Positions 18,246 through 28,254 of a DNA stretch of 64,000 bases are shown here, piece after piece (the first letter of the stretch is position 1; the number at the start of each line of letters is the position of its first letter). The translations under genes were made by a program, and so were the position numbers. Origin of the DNA: Saprospira sp. CCB-QB6 (GTDB taxonomy: Bacteria > Bacteroidota > Bacteroidia > Chitinophagales > Saprospiraceae); the NCBI RefSeq assembly GCF_028464065.1, contig NZ_CP116808.1:1327886-1391885 (forward strand), in the 5' to 3' direction. The notes below the pieces were generated by a model. That model worked only from the letters and a program-made list of their open reading frames with translations. It was not told the origin of the DNA and ran no database searches.

Positions 18246-19025
18246 ATGTCTAGAGCTATCTTCTTGCTTTTTATGGCTTTTAGTGCAGGCCTTTGGGCTC
18301 AAGCCCCTAGCACTACCGTCAACAAAATTATTTTGGACCAAGAACTAAACCTTAACCAAAAACACAAAAAAACCCATAGCCAACAATTAGATTTACCCCT
18401 AGACCCCGAGTTCTGGACCCAGTTCGAAAGTATCGAGTCGGCCCAACTCCTTTTCTATATCTATTCTGGACCAAATGGCCAGGCTCAATTCATTGCCGAT
18501 AGCCTCGCTAACCCCTCCGAACTCCGCCCCATCCTCCAATGGGCCCAAGGCGATCAAATCTTTAAGCGCCCAGCCAACACCCAACTTCCCTACGGCCTAG
18601 AATGGGCCATTCTCAAAGACCCCGCTAAAGAAAAATGCCTCGAACGCTACCACAAAAAGGGTATCTCCCCCTCTGGCTGGTGGAAACGCTGCATCCTTAA
18701 ACGAGATTACTTTATCTCGCCCAATTATTATAGCCCTGTCTATAGTCTCCCCAGATCTATCTACCTGAAAGAAGTGCCTCAAAGCCTGCCCCTACTGCTC
18801 AGAACTAGCGCCAAAAGCGATACCGTCCGCCTGAGAATTCAAGCAGTACTGCGCCTCAAGGGCAAACGTAAAGCCTATGAGGATTTAGACCAAAGCCTGC
18901 GTACGGGCCAAAAGGGCCGCCAACTGATAACAGACCCGCGCCCCAACATTGCCATCCCATTCCGTAGCAGAACCTACCTCGCAGAGATCAAATCCAATGA
19001 GCTCTTTCCCAGCCTTGGCCAATAA
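18246..19025 (+). CDS. hypothetical secreted protein
   Basis: Signal peptide MSRAIFLLFMAFSAGLWAQA; its 3' end overlaps the convergent arginase-family gene by 140 bp. Confidence 0.4.
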   Translation: MSRAIFLLFMAFSAGLWAQAPSTTVNKIILDQELNLNQKHKKTHSQQLDLPLDPEFWTQFESIESAQLLFYIYSGPNGQAQFIADSLANPSELRPILQWAQGDQIFKRPANTQLPYGLEWAILKDPAKEKCLERYHKKGISPSGWWKRCILKRDYFISPNYYSPVYSLPRSIYLKEVPQSLPLLLRTSAKSDTVRLRIQAVLRLKGKRKAYEDLDQSLRTGQKGRQLITDPRPNIAIPFRSRTYLAEIKSNELFPSLGQ

Positions 19026-19913
19026 CTCAAAAATATAACTGACTTCTGCCAAATCAAAGCCCCCCACGACTGGCGTGCCTGTATTTGGACAAAGTTCTGG
19101 ACGTAAGCCGTCTATATCAAAGCTGATGTATATCTTCTGGGGCAAGCGCTCAATAAATGGCAAGACCATCTGTTCAAAGCTTAGCCCCCGCATTTTTCCA
19201 CGAGCCAAGTCTTGATCAAAAAGGACCTGAATGCGCTCGCCTTGCTGCTTGATGTAATCTACTTCCTCATGACAATAATCCCGAATCCCCATTTGGACCA
19301 AAGACAGTTTGGGCATGCGCTCCAAAGCATTATAGAAAATAGAAGCATGAGAATAAGTGAAGCCCTCATACGCTTCCCGCAAATCACAATGTGCATCAAT
19401 TTGCAAAATGGCAAAGCCCTCTTCATGACGCTCGGCCAAAGCACGCAAATACCCTAAGGGCGTAGAATGGTCGCCCCCTAATAGGCCTACATATTTTCCC
19501 TGCTCTAACAAATCCTTAGCCTGCTGATAAACCCAGTTTTCTAGTTTTTCACAGGCAGAGTTCACCGCCAAACGAGCCGCTTCATCGCCTCCCTCACCAG
19601 CTTCTAAAGCATCTATATGACGAGTGGCCAAACTTCTAGCCGTCTGACTTTGGGCCAATAGCTGCGCATCGGGCTGCCGCATATAAATGCCCATTTTATA
19701 GGCATCTGGGCAATCGGCCAAGTAGAGGTCCAACTGATAAGAAGCCTCTAGGATATTGGCTGGCCCCTCAGCCGTTCCAGCCGAATAAGAAACAGTGGCC
19801 TCCCAAGGGACAGGCAAAAGGACCAAATTAGCGCTCTCCTCCGTAAAAGGTAAGCCAATAAAGTTATCATTCTTTAGGGCAAAGCCACTAGGATCAAAAT
19901 CTTGAATAGACAT
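18885..19913 (-). CDS. arginase/agmatinase/formiminoglutamase (ureohydrolase) family protein
   Basis: Mn-binding motifs GGDHS, DAHCDLRE and SFDIDGL...P.TGTP..GG. Confidence 0.65.
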   Translation of the reverse strand: MSIQDFDPSGFALKNDNFIGLPFTEESANLVLLPVPWEATVSYSAGTAEGPANILEASYQLDLYLADCPDAYKMGIYMRQPDAQLLAQSQTARSLATRHIDALEAGEGGDEAARLAVNSACEKLENWVYQQAKDLLEQGKYVGLLGGDHSTPLGYLRALAERHEEGFAILQIDAHCDLREAYEGFTYSHASIFYNALERMPKLSLVQMGIRDYCHEEVDYIKQQGERIQVLFDQDLARGKMRGLSFEQMVLPFIERLPQKIYISFDIDGLRPELCPNTGTPVVGGFDLAEVSYIFELLAKAGKELIGFDLCEVGSATEWDGNVGARVCYQLAALLARTQALV

Positions 19914-20032
19914 GCGTTAATATTTTGGACGAAGTTCGTGCTTTTCCCTTTTTTTCAAAGCAATTCCCTACAAAAAATTAAGGCTTGGGCCCGCTTCCTT
20001 CTGCTCTTTTTTCCTCCATAGATAAAAGCCTG

Positions 20033-20170
20033 TGGCCCCCTCTGGCTGAGGGATGGATAAGGGTGGCCCGAAGGGCCAGACCCAGGCGGCAAAGCCGCCG
20101 CAGGGCCGAGCGACCTGCGAGCCCTGACACAGCCCGACCCGACCGAAGGGAGGGGCAGCCCCAAAAAACA
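20033..20170 (-). repeat. REP/MITE-like element copy
   Basis: GGCTGAGGGATGGATAAGGGTGGCCCGAAGGGCCAGACC...CTGACACAGCCCGACCCGACC...GGGGCAGCCCCAAAAAA. Confidence 0.7.
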
Positions 20171-20175
20171 TCCCT

Positions 20176-21510
20176 CTACTTCCGCTTCCAATAAGCAAGA
20201 GGCCAAAAGCCCAATTTGCGATAGGCCCAATAGGCCAGACTAAGATCAAAGGCGGCCAAGCCCACAAAGGCCGCTATAGCCGCCCCATCAATGCCTAAAA
20301 TGGGAATCAAACAGTATTGAAGGATAGCCGTGATGGCTAAGGATAGCGCCAAGAGATAAGCCGCCATTTTTTCTTGGCCCACCAAGCCCAACAACTGGCT
20401 AACGGGCCCTACCAACACATGTAGGCCCTTGCCTAAACATAGCCAAACTAAGGCCGTATAGCCCTGCTGATATTCGGGACCATAAATGAGCAAAAACCAA
20501 GGCCCAAAGGCGATAAAAATAGCCAAAACGGCAGTAATAACTACGGTAATCAAAGCCGTACTCCGTTGGTATAGTCGTCCCAACTCCTGTAATTTCCCCT
20601 GATGATAAAGCGAAGAGAAAGTCGGTAAACTAACGGTGGTCAGCACCAAATAGGGAATTAAAGCAATATCCGAGAACTTTAAGGCCACATTATAGTAAGC
20701 GATCTGCTCGGGGGGCAGCTCAAAAAAGCCCAAAAACAAAATATCTATCCGGCTATTGAGCAAATAGAGCAAGGAGCCCAAATTGAAATAAAAACTAGCT
20801 TTTTTGTAGGCAGGAAGGTCCAATGCTGGCCAATTGCTCGCTTTTGGCTGCACCCGACGATAGCGCCGCCAAAGCCAAAAGGCTAGGCCCGCCGCCGCAA
20901 CAAAACTCAGGCTTCGTCCAGCAATCAGGCCCAAATCGCTAATGGGGTAAGCGGAGAAATAAAGCAGGGCCAAAAAGGCAAAGAAGAGCAAAGGCTGCAC
21001 AATTCGGTCCCCCAATTGGCCCCAACTCATCTGTCCCTCTGCCCGCAAGGCCGATTGCCAAAGATGCAAAAAGGCATAGGCGGGAATAATAGGCAGGGCC
21101 CAAAAATAATAATCCGCATAATTGCTCAAGCCAGGTATATTGGTATACCGAAGCAAGAGATAAAAGCCAATCATCAGGAGCAAACTCGCCCAAAGGGTCC
21201 GTTTCTCGGCCCAAGCTAGCAAGGCATCTCGCTTGCCCCAAGCTTTTTGGTCCTTAAAGATAGGTAGCTCTTTAAGCAAAAGATCATCTAGGCCCATATT
21301 GGCCGCTAGTTGAATAATCAATAGCCAACTGAAGACCAAACTATAAATGCCAAAGCCCTCATCTCCCCCCAAACGGGCCAAAAGGACCGAACTGAGAAAA
21401 GTGAGGGCTGATAAGCCTATTTGTAAGATAAAACTCCAACTTGCCGCCTTAATTAAAAAGCGCCCCAAGGGACTTTCTGTTCCAATCTTGGCCAGCCATT
21501 TCTTCCACAT
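20176..21510 (-). CDS. polysaccharide biosynthesis / oligosaccharide flippase (Wzx-like, MOP superfamily) membrane protein
   Basis: About 12-14 TM helices, 444 aa, typical flippase hydropathy and N-terminal region. Confidence 0.55.
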   Translation of the reverse strand: MWKKWLAKIGTESPLGRFLIKAASWSFILQIGLSALTFLSSVLLARLGGDEGFGIYSLVFSWLLIIQLAANMGLDDLLLKELPIFKDQKAWGKRDALLAWAEKRTLWASLLLMIGFYLLLRYTNIPGLSNYADYYFWALPIIPAYAFLHLWQSALRAEGQMSWGQLGDRIVQPLLFFAFLALLYFSAYPISDLGLIAGRSLSFVAAAGLAFWLWRRYRRVQPKASNWPALDLPAYKKASFYFNLGSLLYLLNSRIDILFLGFFELPPEQIAYYNVALKFSDIALIPYLVLTTVSLPTFSSLYHQGKLQELGRLYQRSTALITVVITAVLAIFIAFGPWFLLIYGPEYQQGYTALVWLCLGKGLHVLVGPVSQLLGLVGQEKMAAYLLALSLAITAILQYCLIPILGIDGAAIAAFVGLAAFDLSLAYWAYRKLGFWPLAYWKRK

Positions 21511-21544
21511 TGCTTTCCCTTATTTTTGGCCCAAGATAAGTTTT

Positions 21545-22816
21545 CTATTCTACAATCGACATATCTTTGAAGGGCGAGCGAGGCGTCCACTCTTCTTTAG
21601 GGCTCAAATGGTCAAAGACCAATTTCATCAATTCGCTAGATATGCGATTGCGGTGACGCAGATAACAATCAAACTCTTGAGCTACGGCCCCAACAGAACT
21701 CTTAATTTCTAAGGCCGTACGAGCAAAGTCTATTTTTTCTACCCCTCTATAAATCCCCATACGCACCAAAGCGTACAAAATATTGAGATACAACTGATGC
21801 GAGCGGTTCAAGCTATGATCTAAACCTAAGAAGTGCGCCTCTAAGGTAGAGCCCGAAAATATAGCCGTATAAAAAGCTACCAAACGACCATCTAAATAAC
21901 AAGCCACTAACTCCATATCTTCGCCCAACTCTCTTTTGAGCGAAGAAAAATACTGCTCATCAAAAGCATAGGCATTAAAGTCTACATTGTTTGAGATGTT
22001 TTTGTACAGCTCGTAAATCTCTTTTTCTTGGGCCAGAATCTCCTCTAACTCCAAGGCTCTCCATTCTAGCTCCTGCCCCTTTTTAGCCGCCCGTTTTGCT
22101 CGTACCCGATATTTAGAAGACATCTCCGCCAAGTAATCATCAAAGCATTCCCAATGCGCAGGCAAACGCATATACATACCTGGCTGAATCCGATAGCGAT
22201 GATAACCCTCCGCCTGTAAAATAGGCGCTAAGGTTTTTTCCGTATCTCCCTCCAAAACAAAATCCTTGAACATCTGTAGCTGGTATTTCTTCTGCTCACT
22301 CAGTTCTAGTTCTGTTTGTAGACGATCAGTAGCCTCTTGCAACCAAGCCAATTGTTTGGCTCCATGTCCCTCCTTAAAGTAAAACCCATGCTCTCCTGTC
22401 AAGGTCAAATTACCACAGATAAGCACATTAAATACAGCCTGACGAAGAAAAAACTGCTGCAATTTCTTGCGCAAGTTCCCTAAAAGTCCTTCTCCATCCA
22501 ACTCCTTTTGTACACTTCCCTGCATATCCAAATAATAGGTTTGGTAATAGGCCAAACCCACAGGCTCCTTATCTTTATAAAAGATCAAATAGCAGAAGCC
22601 CATACCTTTGGGAGGATGGGCTTCTAGGGCCTGCAGATATTCGTATTGCAAAAATTTATTTTCTTTAGGAGCTAAGCTTTGCCAATCTGCTTTTAAATCT
22701 GCAACTTGACGGCTTAAGCGAAAGCAGAGTCCTCTTTCTTCTAAGGGACTACAAGCAGGCTGTTCCTCTTGTTCCAAAAGCGAGAGAGAAGCCTTAGTCT
22801 TATTACAACAGTACAT
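21545..22816 (-). CDS. hypothetical protein (possibly FemABX/GNAT-like acyltransferase fold; uncertain)
   Basis: 423 aa, soluble; only a weak resemblance recognised. Confidence 0.3.
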   Translation of the reverse strand: MYCCNKTKASLSLLEQEEQPACSPLEERGLCFRLSRQVADLKADWQSLAPKENKFLQYEYLQALEAHPPKGMGFCYLIFYKDKEPVGLAYYQTYYLDMQGSVQKELDGEGLLGNLRKKLQQFFLRQAVFNVLICGNLTLTGEHGFYFKEGHGAKQLAWLQEATDRLQTELELSEQKKYQLQMFKDFVLEGDTEKTLAPILQAEGYHRYRIQPGMYMRLPAHWECFDDYLAEMSSKYRVRAKRAAKKGQELEWRALELEEILAQEKEIYELYKNISNNVDFNAYAFDEQYFSSLKRELGEDMELVACYLDGRLVAFYTAIFSGSTLEAHFLGLDHSLNRSHQLYLNILYALVRMGIYRGVEKIDFARTALEIKSSVGAVAQEFDCYLRHRNRISSELMKLVFDHLSPKEEWTPRSPFKDMSIVE

Positions 22817-22927
22817 AGTTTTTTTCTTTTAGGTACAAAAACGGAGAGTTATCTTAAATATACAAGCTTTTCGATATGAAGGCTGCTTTTTTACCGATTC
22901 TTTAACGCAAATCCCCCGCTATAGTTT

Positions 22928-23551
22928 ATGTCAGCATGGAGACATCTCAAAGATCCTAAGGACCAGTTAGCTATCTTTCTTAGCTATCTTTTAGCTTGTC
23001 TAGCTTGGTCGCTTTGGCAGTTTGAGCTCAATTTTTTAGTAGGTTGGGGCGGTACGCACTGGCTACATGTTCCCTTTTATACTACCCCCATTATTTGCGG
23101 AATTGCCGCAATTAGCTATATGCTGCCCCTATTTATTTGGGGCCGAAATATCCCCCTCTATAAATATTGGACCATCTTCTTCCTGCTTATGGGCAGTAGC
23201 TGGGGCGCCTATAGCCTCGCTTACCTAGCCTTTGCCAATCTCTATAGCAAAATCCACTTTGGCGATACGGGCTTTCTAGTGGGCTCCGCCCTCTTTGTTT
23301 TGGTTTTCCTTGAAAGCATCGTTTTCTGGGCCACCAGAACTTTCTTTGGCCGCTCTCCTAGCTTTCATATCCTCAGCCTCGCCTTTATGTTCATTATGTG
23401 CGTGCCCCTCAGCCTAATTTCTATCGATTTTTTCCCCGCTTTTGGCGGTGGCCACAACTTTATCGATGCCGTTAAAATGGGTTACCCCATCTTTTGGGTT
23501 TGCCTACAACTGGGTATCCTTTCTTACGCTATTCACCGACGGATGGTTTAG
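22928..23551 (+). CDS. hypothetical polytopic membrane protein
   Basis: Six hydrophobic helices; no recognisable domain. Confidence 0.4.
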   Translation: MSAWRHLKDPKDQLAIFLSYLLACLAWSLWQFELNFLVGWGGTHWLHVPFYTTPIICGIAAISYMLPLFIWGRNIPLYKYWTIFFLLMGSSWGAYSLAYLAFANLYSKIHFGDTGFLVGSALFVLVFLESIVFWATRTFFGRSPSFHILSLAFMFIMCVPLSLISIDFFPAFGGGHNFIDAVKMGYPIFWVCLQLGILSYAIHRRMV

Positions 23552-23595
23552 GCAACTAAGCATTTCTCCACGCTTTTTTCTTGCATAAATAGCCG

Positions 23596-23752
23596 CTTTT
23601 GGGGCTGCCCCTCGCTTCGCTCGGGTCGGGCTGTGTCGCAGCTCGCTACTCGCTCGGCCCTGCGCCGCCAAGGGCGGCTGGGTCTGGACCTTCGGGCCAC
23701 TGCTGTCCATCCCTCAGCCTGCGGGCGCTACGCGCCCTGCTATACCCAAAAA
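23596..23752 (+). repeat. REP/MITE-like element copy (canonical forward form)
   Basis: TTTTGGGGCTGCCCCTCGCTTCGCTCGGGTCGGGCTGTGTCGCAGCTCGCTACTCGCTCGGCCCTGCGCCGCC...GGTCTGGACC...CATCCCTCAGCC. Confidence 0.75.
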
Positions 23753-23806
23753 AGGTCCAGCCATCAGAGAGCTAGACCTTTTATTAAGTATAAGTTCATC
23801 CATATA

Positions 23807-24415
23807 TTACTGAAAATATTTATCATCTACTTTCTGCCGAACAATCGAAAGCACCTTAGTTTTAGAGATCAGCTTCCCAAACTTATCATAAGTAGTAGAA
23901 TTAAGCGGGAACCCCTTGGCCCCTGTTTGGATCAGCGCCTGTATGCCATAGTCATTCTTCAGATAAGCCGCATATTTTTTCAGATCTACATCAATCTCTT
24001 TAACCAACTCGACCTCTGTATTAAATTTATCGGTCTCAATACTCAAGGTATATAGCTGACCAAATTCTACAGACTTTCGGACCTTTTCACTCTTTATCAC
24101 TGCATTGCTTAGGCCCAAGTCAGCCTGAATATCTCGTGAAGATATTTCCTTTTTGCTCTGTCCCTCCTCAGATTGGATGACCATTAACATGCTATTCTTT
24201 TGCGGCTGAGGCACAAAACGCATCTTTAAGGAGTTGGGATCTGATTTGGTCTGCACCTCAAAAGCAATCTGGTCCTTTTTAATGTACCAGTTTAGCTGAT
24301 AACGCATTCCCGCCTCTCCTTCTTGCTCCATTTTAATGACCCCTTCAAAGTTTTGGCCCTGCAAAGGGAGTAGGCCTATGAGTAGGAGGAATAGCCCCCC
24401 GAAAAGCTTATGCAT
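23807..24415 (-). CDS. hypothetical secreted protein
   Basis: Signal peptide MHKLFGGLFLLLIGLLPLQGQ. Confidence 0.4.
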   Translation of the reverse strand: MHKLFGGLFLLLIGLLPLQGQNFEGVIKMEQEGEAGMRYQLNWYIKKDQIAFEVQTKSDPNSLKMRFVPQPQKNSMLMVIQSEEGQSKKEISSRDIQADLGLSNAVIKSEKVRKSVEFGQLYTLSIETDKFNTEVELVKEIDVDLKKYAAYLKNDYGIQALIQTGAKGFPLNSTTYDKFGKLISKTKVLSIVRQKVDDKYFQ

Positions 24416-24591
24416 AAGTAATTGCTCTATTTAAGTTAAGTAGTTCTTCCTTGCTTATTTTACGGTAGTAGAAAAGTTGCAAACAATTTGCCAAGATCGC
24501 TTTCTGACTAAGGTTGGCCGCTAATTTAGGTATTACACCCAAAAAGCCCCCCAATATCTAATTTAGCTTAGGGTTAAATACAGTTTTTGCC

Positions 24592-24744
24592 GCAGAAAGG
24601 GCGCGCAGCGCCCTCAGGCTGAGGGATGGAAAAGGGTGGCCCGAAGGGCCAGACCCAGCCGCCTTTGGCGGCGCAGGGCCGAGCAGAACTGCGAGCCCTG
24701 ACACAGCCCGACCCGAGCGAAGCGAGGGGCAGCCCCAAACTATA
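24592..24744 (-). repeat. REP/MITE-like element copy (canonical reverse form)
   Basis: CTCAGGCTGAGGGATGGAAAAGGGTGGCCCGAAGGGCCAGACC...GAGCCCTGACACAGCCCGACCCGAGCGAAGCGAGGGGCAGCCCCAAA. Confidence 0.75.
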
Positions 24745-24809
24745 CAGTATCCTAAGATTCCTTTCCTCCCCAAAAGTTGAAAGCAATCTGACTCCCCATT
24801 AAAAAATAA

Positions 24810-26240
24810 TTAGTTGCCTACATAGCCCTTCATGGCGCCCGACAAATAGTAGCCATCTATAAAGCTCCCTAATAAGCTATGCCCATTGCGCTTAACCGCA
24901 AAGCCGGCCATACCCCCTGCTGGAAAATTAGTGTTGGGCGGGTCGGGAAAATCTTGATCATAAAGTGTAATCATCCCTACGACGGGCGCCCCCACTTGTA
25001 CCAATACATTGACAAAAAGGTAACCGGCTTGTCCATCTTCTCCATAATCTCCCCCATCACCCCCATAAACATTGGGCGTAATGGTAAAATCTGCCCCAAA
25101 GAGGTTAAAGTTGTAGGGATTGTTCAAGGCGCCGCCTCGACCTCCCTGAGCAAAGGCTCCCGTTCCTGCCGTTTGGCCTGGCTCATAGTATCCAAAGCCC
25201 GATCCTAGGTTGCCTCCAGCCCCACCATAAGCACCGCCGCCACCACCAGCACCAATGCCTAGGTTATAAGTCCCAATGCCCAAGTTAATGGGTTGGATCA
25301 TCCCCACAGAACCTCCTCCACCTCCACCAGAATAGATGCGGCCTTGGTTACGCAAATCAGTATCTACCGTAAGGCTAATGGCATGTGTCCCATCAAAGCC
25401 TGTTCCTGCTCCACCACCACTAGCGCCCGCCCCAGCGCCACCATCTCCCCCACGGGCCAAAAGGGTGCCCTGGTTAAGTAGCCCTACTTTAGAATCAGGA
25501 TGTAGCCCCCCCGTCGTAAAGACCTGTGGGGCTGTAGGATTATCTAGGAGCACGCCCGGACCAATGGTAGCCAGCACACAGATAGGTACGGCCGTCGGCA
25601 AACTATTGGCCGCTTGCAAATCATAATCACTCTGTGGCGAGTTAATATATACTTCCATACAACTATCTACAGCCACCACAAACACTTGGTTACCGACAGT
25701 ATTTCCACAAACGGCCTGAACAATCACAGAATAGACGCCAGGAGGCGCAAAGATATCGGCCTCCACATTGAGTTGTATCGTATCCGTTCCATTCACTATA
25801 TGCTGGTCCAAACTAGCCGTAATGCCCGCAGGCAGGTTAGGGATGATGTAGACCGAGATATCATTGGAAAATCCATTGCGTTGATTGAGGTACAAATAAG
25901 CCGAATCTCGATTGGTATACACTCGGTCAATATGCCCAGCAGGATTATCTATCCGAAAATCAAAGGCGCAATCATCACAACTACTCTGATTGAATGCCAA
26001 CCAGCAGTTGCCGTTAAAATATTCCATAATACTGTCCGTCGCATTATAAACCGTAAGCCCCGGCTTGGGGTTCTGTATGTTGTCGCGCTGTTGGCGACTC
26101 ATCCGAGGAGGCAAAAAGCCCCGGTCAGTCGATTCCAGATGCAAGACGGCACTACTATCTGGCTGCAAAATGTTAATCCCGACTTGTGCACTAAGCGGAA
26201 GGGCCAAAAGTAAGCCCAAAAAAGCAAGTATTGTTTTCAT
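24810..26240 (-). CDS. secreted glycine-rich protein of unknown function
   Basis: Signal peptide; central region with (G)4-6 runs and GxGxG repeats. Confidence 0.5.
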   Translation of the reverse strand: MKTILAFLGLLLALPLSAQVGINILQPDSSAVLHLESTDRGFLPPRMSRQQRDNIQNPKPGLTVYNATDSIMEYFNGNCWLAFNQSSCDDCAFDFRIDNPAGHIDRVYTNRDSAYLYLNQRNGFSNDISVYIIPNLPAGITASLDQHIVNGTDTIQLNVEADIFAPPGVYSVIVQAVCGNTVGNQVFVVAVDSCMEVYINSPQSDYDLQAANSLPTAVPICVLATIGPGVLLDNPTAPQVFTTGGLHPDSKVGLLNQGTLLARGGDGGAGAGASGGGAGTGFDGTHAISLTVDTDLRNQGRIYSGGGGGGSVGMIQPINLGIGTYNLGIGAGGGGGAYGGAGGNLGSGFGYYEPGQTAGTGAFAQGGRGGALNNPYNFNLFGADFTITPNVYGGDGGDYGEDGQAGYLFVNVLVQVGAPVVGMITLYDQDFPDPPNTNFPAGGMAGFAVKRNGHSLLGSFIDGYYLSGAMKGYVGN

Positions 26241-26325
26241 TATAGTTGTAGTATTGTAGCTAGCCCTAAAAATAGCTAAAAGCTTAGCTTCTAATATTAA
26301 GGATAAATTTTTAAATCAATATAAT

Positions 26326-27495
26326 ATGGATACTTCTTATTTGCTGACGCATTTAGGAGAAGAACGAGAAGACTATTTTAATGCGGTCATTCCGCCCATC
26401 GTACAATCTTCTAATTTTTCCTATGATAGCTTGGCCGACTTTAGATCTGCGATTCTCAACGAATTAGATAATTTTGTCTATACCCGTGGCAATAATCCCA
26501 CAGTGGCCATCTTGCGCCAAAAATTAGCCGCCTTAGAACAAGCCGAGGATGCCTTGGTCTTCGGCAGTGGTAGCGCAGCTTGTGCAGTGGCTATTATTTC
26601 GCAGCTCCAAGCAGGCGATCACCTGCTCTCGGTACAAAGTCCCTACTCCTGGACCTTTAAATTGATTAGCAAGTTCCTTAGCCGCTTCGGCATTAGCTAT
26701 GATTTTATTGACGCTAGCGATCTCCAACAAATTGAGGCCGCTATACGCCCCAATACTAAAGTCCTTTTCCTAGAATCTCCCAATTCGCTCACCTTTGAGC
26801 TACAAGATTTGGCCGCCTGTGCCGCCTTGGCCAAGAAACATGGCATTCGGACCATTTGCGATAATAGTTATGCTAGCCCAATTTACCAAAACCCCATTGC
26901 CTTGGGCATTGATCTCGTCATTCATTCGGCTACCAAATACCTTAACGGCCATAGTGATGTGGTCGCGGGGGTGGTCTGTGGAAGCAAGGCCCTGATTCAA
27001 AAGATGTTTGAGCTAGATTACATGGCCCTAGGTCCCGCTATTTCTCCCAATGATGCTTGGTTGCTGCTCAGAGGGCTGCGCACCCTGCCGCTCCGCATTC
27101 AAAAAGCAAATGAACATGCTAAAAAGGTGGTGGATTATCTGGCCCAACATCCCAAGGTCGATTATGTCCTCTATCCTGGCCATCCCTCTCATCCCCAATA
27201 TGAATTGGCCCAAAAACAGATGTCTGGCTTTGGCGGCTTATTCTCGGTAAACTTCAAAGCCAAGCGTATCGAACAAATGGAGCGCTTCTCAGAGGCCCTT
27301 ATGCCTACTTTTTTGCTAGCAGTATCTTGGGGAGGCTTCGAGTCTTTGCAAGTCCCTACGGCCTGCTTCTATAATCTAGGCACAGCGCCCCCTCCTCCCC
27401 TGCCCTTTAGCTTTGTGCGCTACTATGTGGGCCTAGAAGATCCAGACTATATTATCGATGCCTTCGAAAAGGCCTTTGTCCATCTAGAGGATTAG
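26326..27495 (+). CDS. PLP-dependent trans-sulfuration enzyme (cystathionine gamma-synthase/beta-lyase family)
   Basis: Conserved PLP-lysine context SATKYLNGHSDVVAGVV; about 390 aa, typical of this family. Confidence 0.65.
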   Translation: MDTSYLLTHLGEEREDYFNAVIPPIVQSSNFSYDSLADFRSAILNELDNFVYTRGNNPTVAILRQKLAALEQAEDALVFGSGSAACAVAIISQLQAGDHLLSVQSPYSWTFKLISKFLSRFGISYDFIDASDLQQIEAAIRPNTKVLFLESPNSLTFELQDLAACAALAKKHGIRTICDNSYASPIYQNPIALGIDLVIHSATKYLNGHSDVVAGVVCGSKALIQKMFELDYMALGPAISPNDAWLLLRGLRTLPLRIQKANEHAKKVVDYLAQHPKVDYVLYPGHPSHPQYELAQKQMSGFGGLFSVNFKAKRIEQMERFSEALMPTFLLAVSWGGFESLQVPTACFYNLGTAPPPPLPFSFVRYYVGLEDPDYIIDAFEKAFVHLED

Positions 27496-27498
27496 GTT

Positions 27499-27640
27499 TT
27501 GGGGCTGCCCCTCGCTCTGCTCGGGTCGGGCTGTCTCACAGCTCGCTGTTCGCTCGGCCCTGCGGCGCCAAAGGCGCCTTGGTCTGGCCCTTCGGCCACC
27601 CTTTTCCATCCCTCAGCCTGCGGGCGCTGCGGCCAGTGGG
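27499..27640 (+). repeat. REP/MITE-like element copy
   Basis: TTTTGGGGCTGCCCCTCGCTCTGCTCGGGTCGGGCTGTCTCACAGCTCGCTGTTCGCTCGGCCCTGCGG...CATCCCTCAGCC. Confidence 0.75.
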
Positions 27641-27842
27641 GCCTTGGCCCGCCCAGCTTGGCATTTTCCTCTTTTCATCGCTTCGGCAGTGGGCCAAGCC
27701 CCCAAAAGAACCCTCTTCCTCTATTATTTTTCCAGCTAATGCTCCAAAAGGACTGCATGGTCTATATTCTTTTTCAGCGAATAGTCGAAAAGAGTTGTCA
27801 TGGACCATTATTTTTCCAGCAATTGCTCCATGACAACTCTTT

Positions 27843-28236
27843 CAGACCATTATTTTTCTAGCCAATGGGCTGGGAAGTTCTACCAGACCATTATTTTTCC
27901 AGCCAATGAGCTGGGAAGTTCTATCAGACCATTATTTTTCCAGCCAACGAGCTGGGAAGTTCTACCAGACCATTATTTTTCCAGCCAACGAGCTGGGAAG
28001 TTCTATCAGACCATTATTTTTCCAGCCAACGAGCTGGGAAGTTCTATCAGACCATTATTTTTTCAGCCAATGAGCTGGGAAGTTCTACCAGACCATTTCT
28101 TTTCCAGCGAACGAGCTGGGAAGTTCTATCAGACCATTATTTTTCCAGCCAACGAGCTGGGAAGTTCTATCAGACCATTATTTTTTCAGCCAATGAGCTG
28201 GGAAGTTCTACCAGACCATTTCTTTTCCAGCGAACC
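27843..28236 (+). repeat. tandem array of about 9.6 x 41-bp direct repeats (CAGACCATTATTTTTCCAGCCAAYGAGCTGGGAAGTTCTAY) with a 123-bp higher-order repeat; degenerate copies extend upstream to about 27700
   Basis: Units start at 27843, 27884, 27925, 27966, 28007, 28048, 28089, 28130, 28171 and 28212. The triplet at units 5-7 is repeated exactly as units 8-10. No unique spacers. Confidence 0.9.
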
Positions 28237-28254
28237 AATAAAAAGAGAACTATC

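Noticed and set aside
27843-28236. Possible CRISPR array (regular 41-bp repeats)
   Set aside because: The units are contiguous and near-identical with no unique spacer sequences between them, and there are no cas genes. It is a tandem direct repeat, not a CRISPR array.
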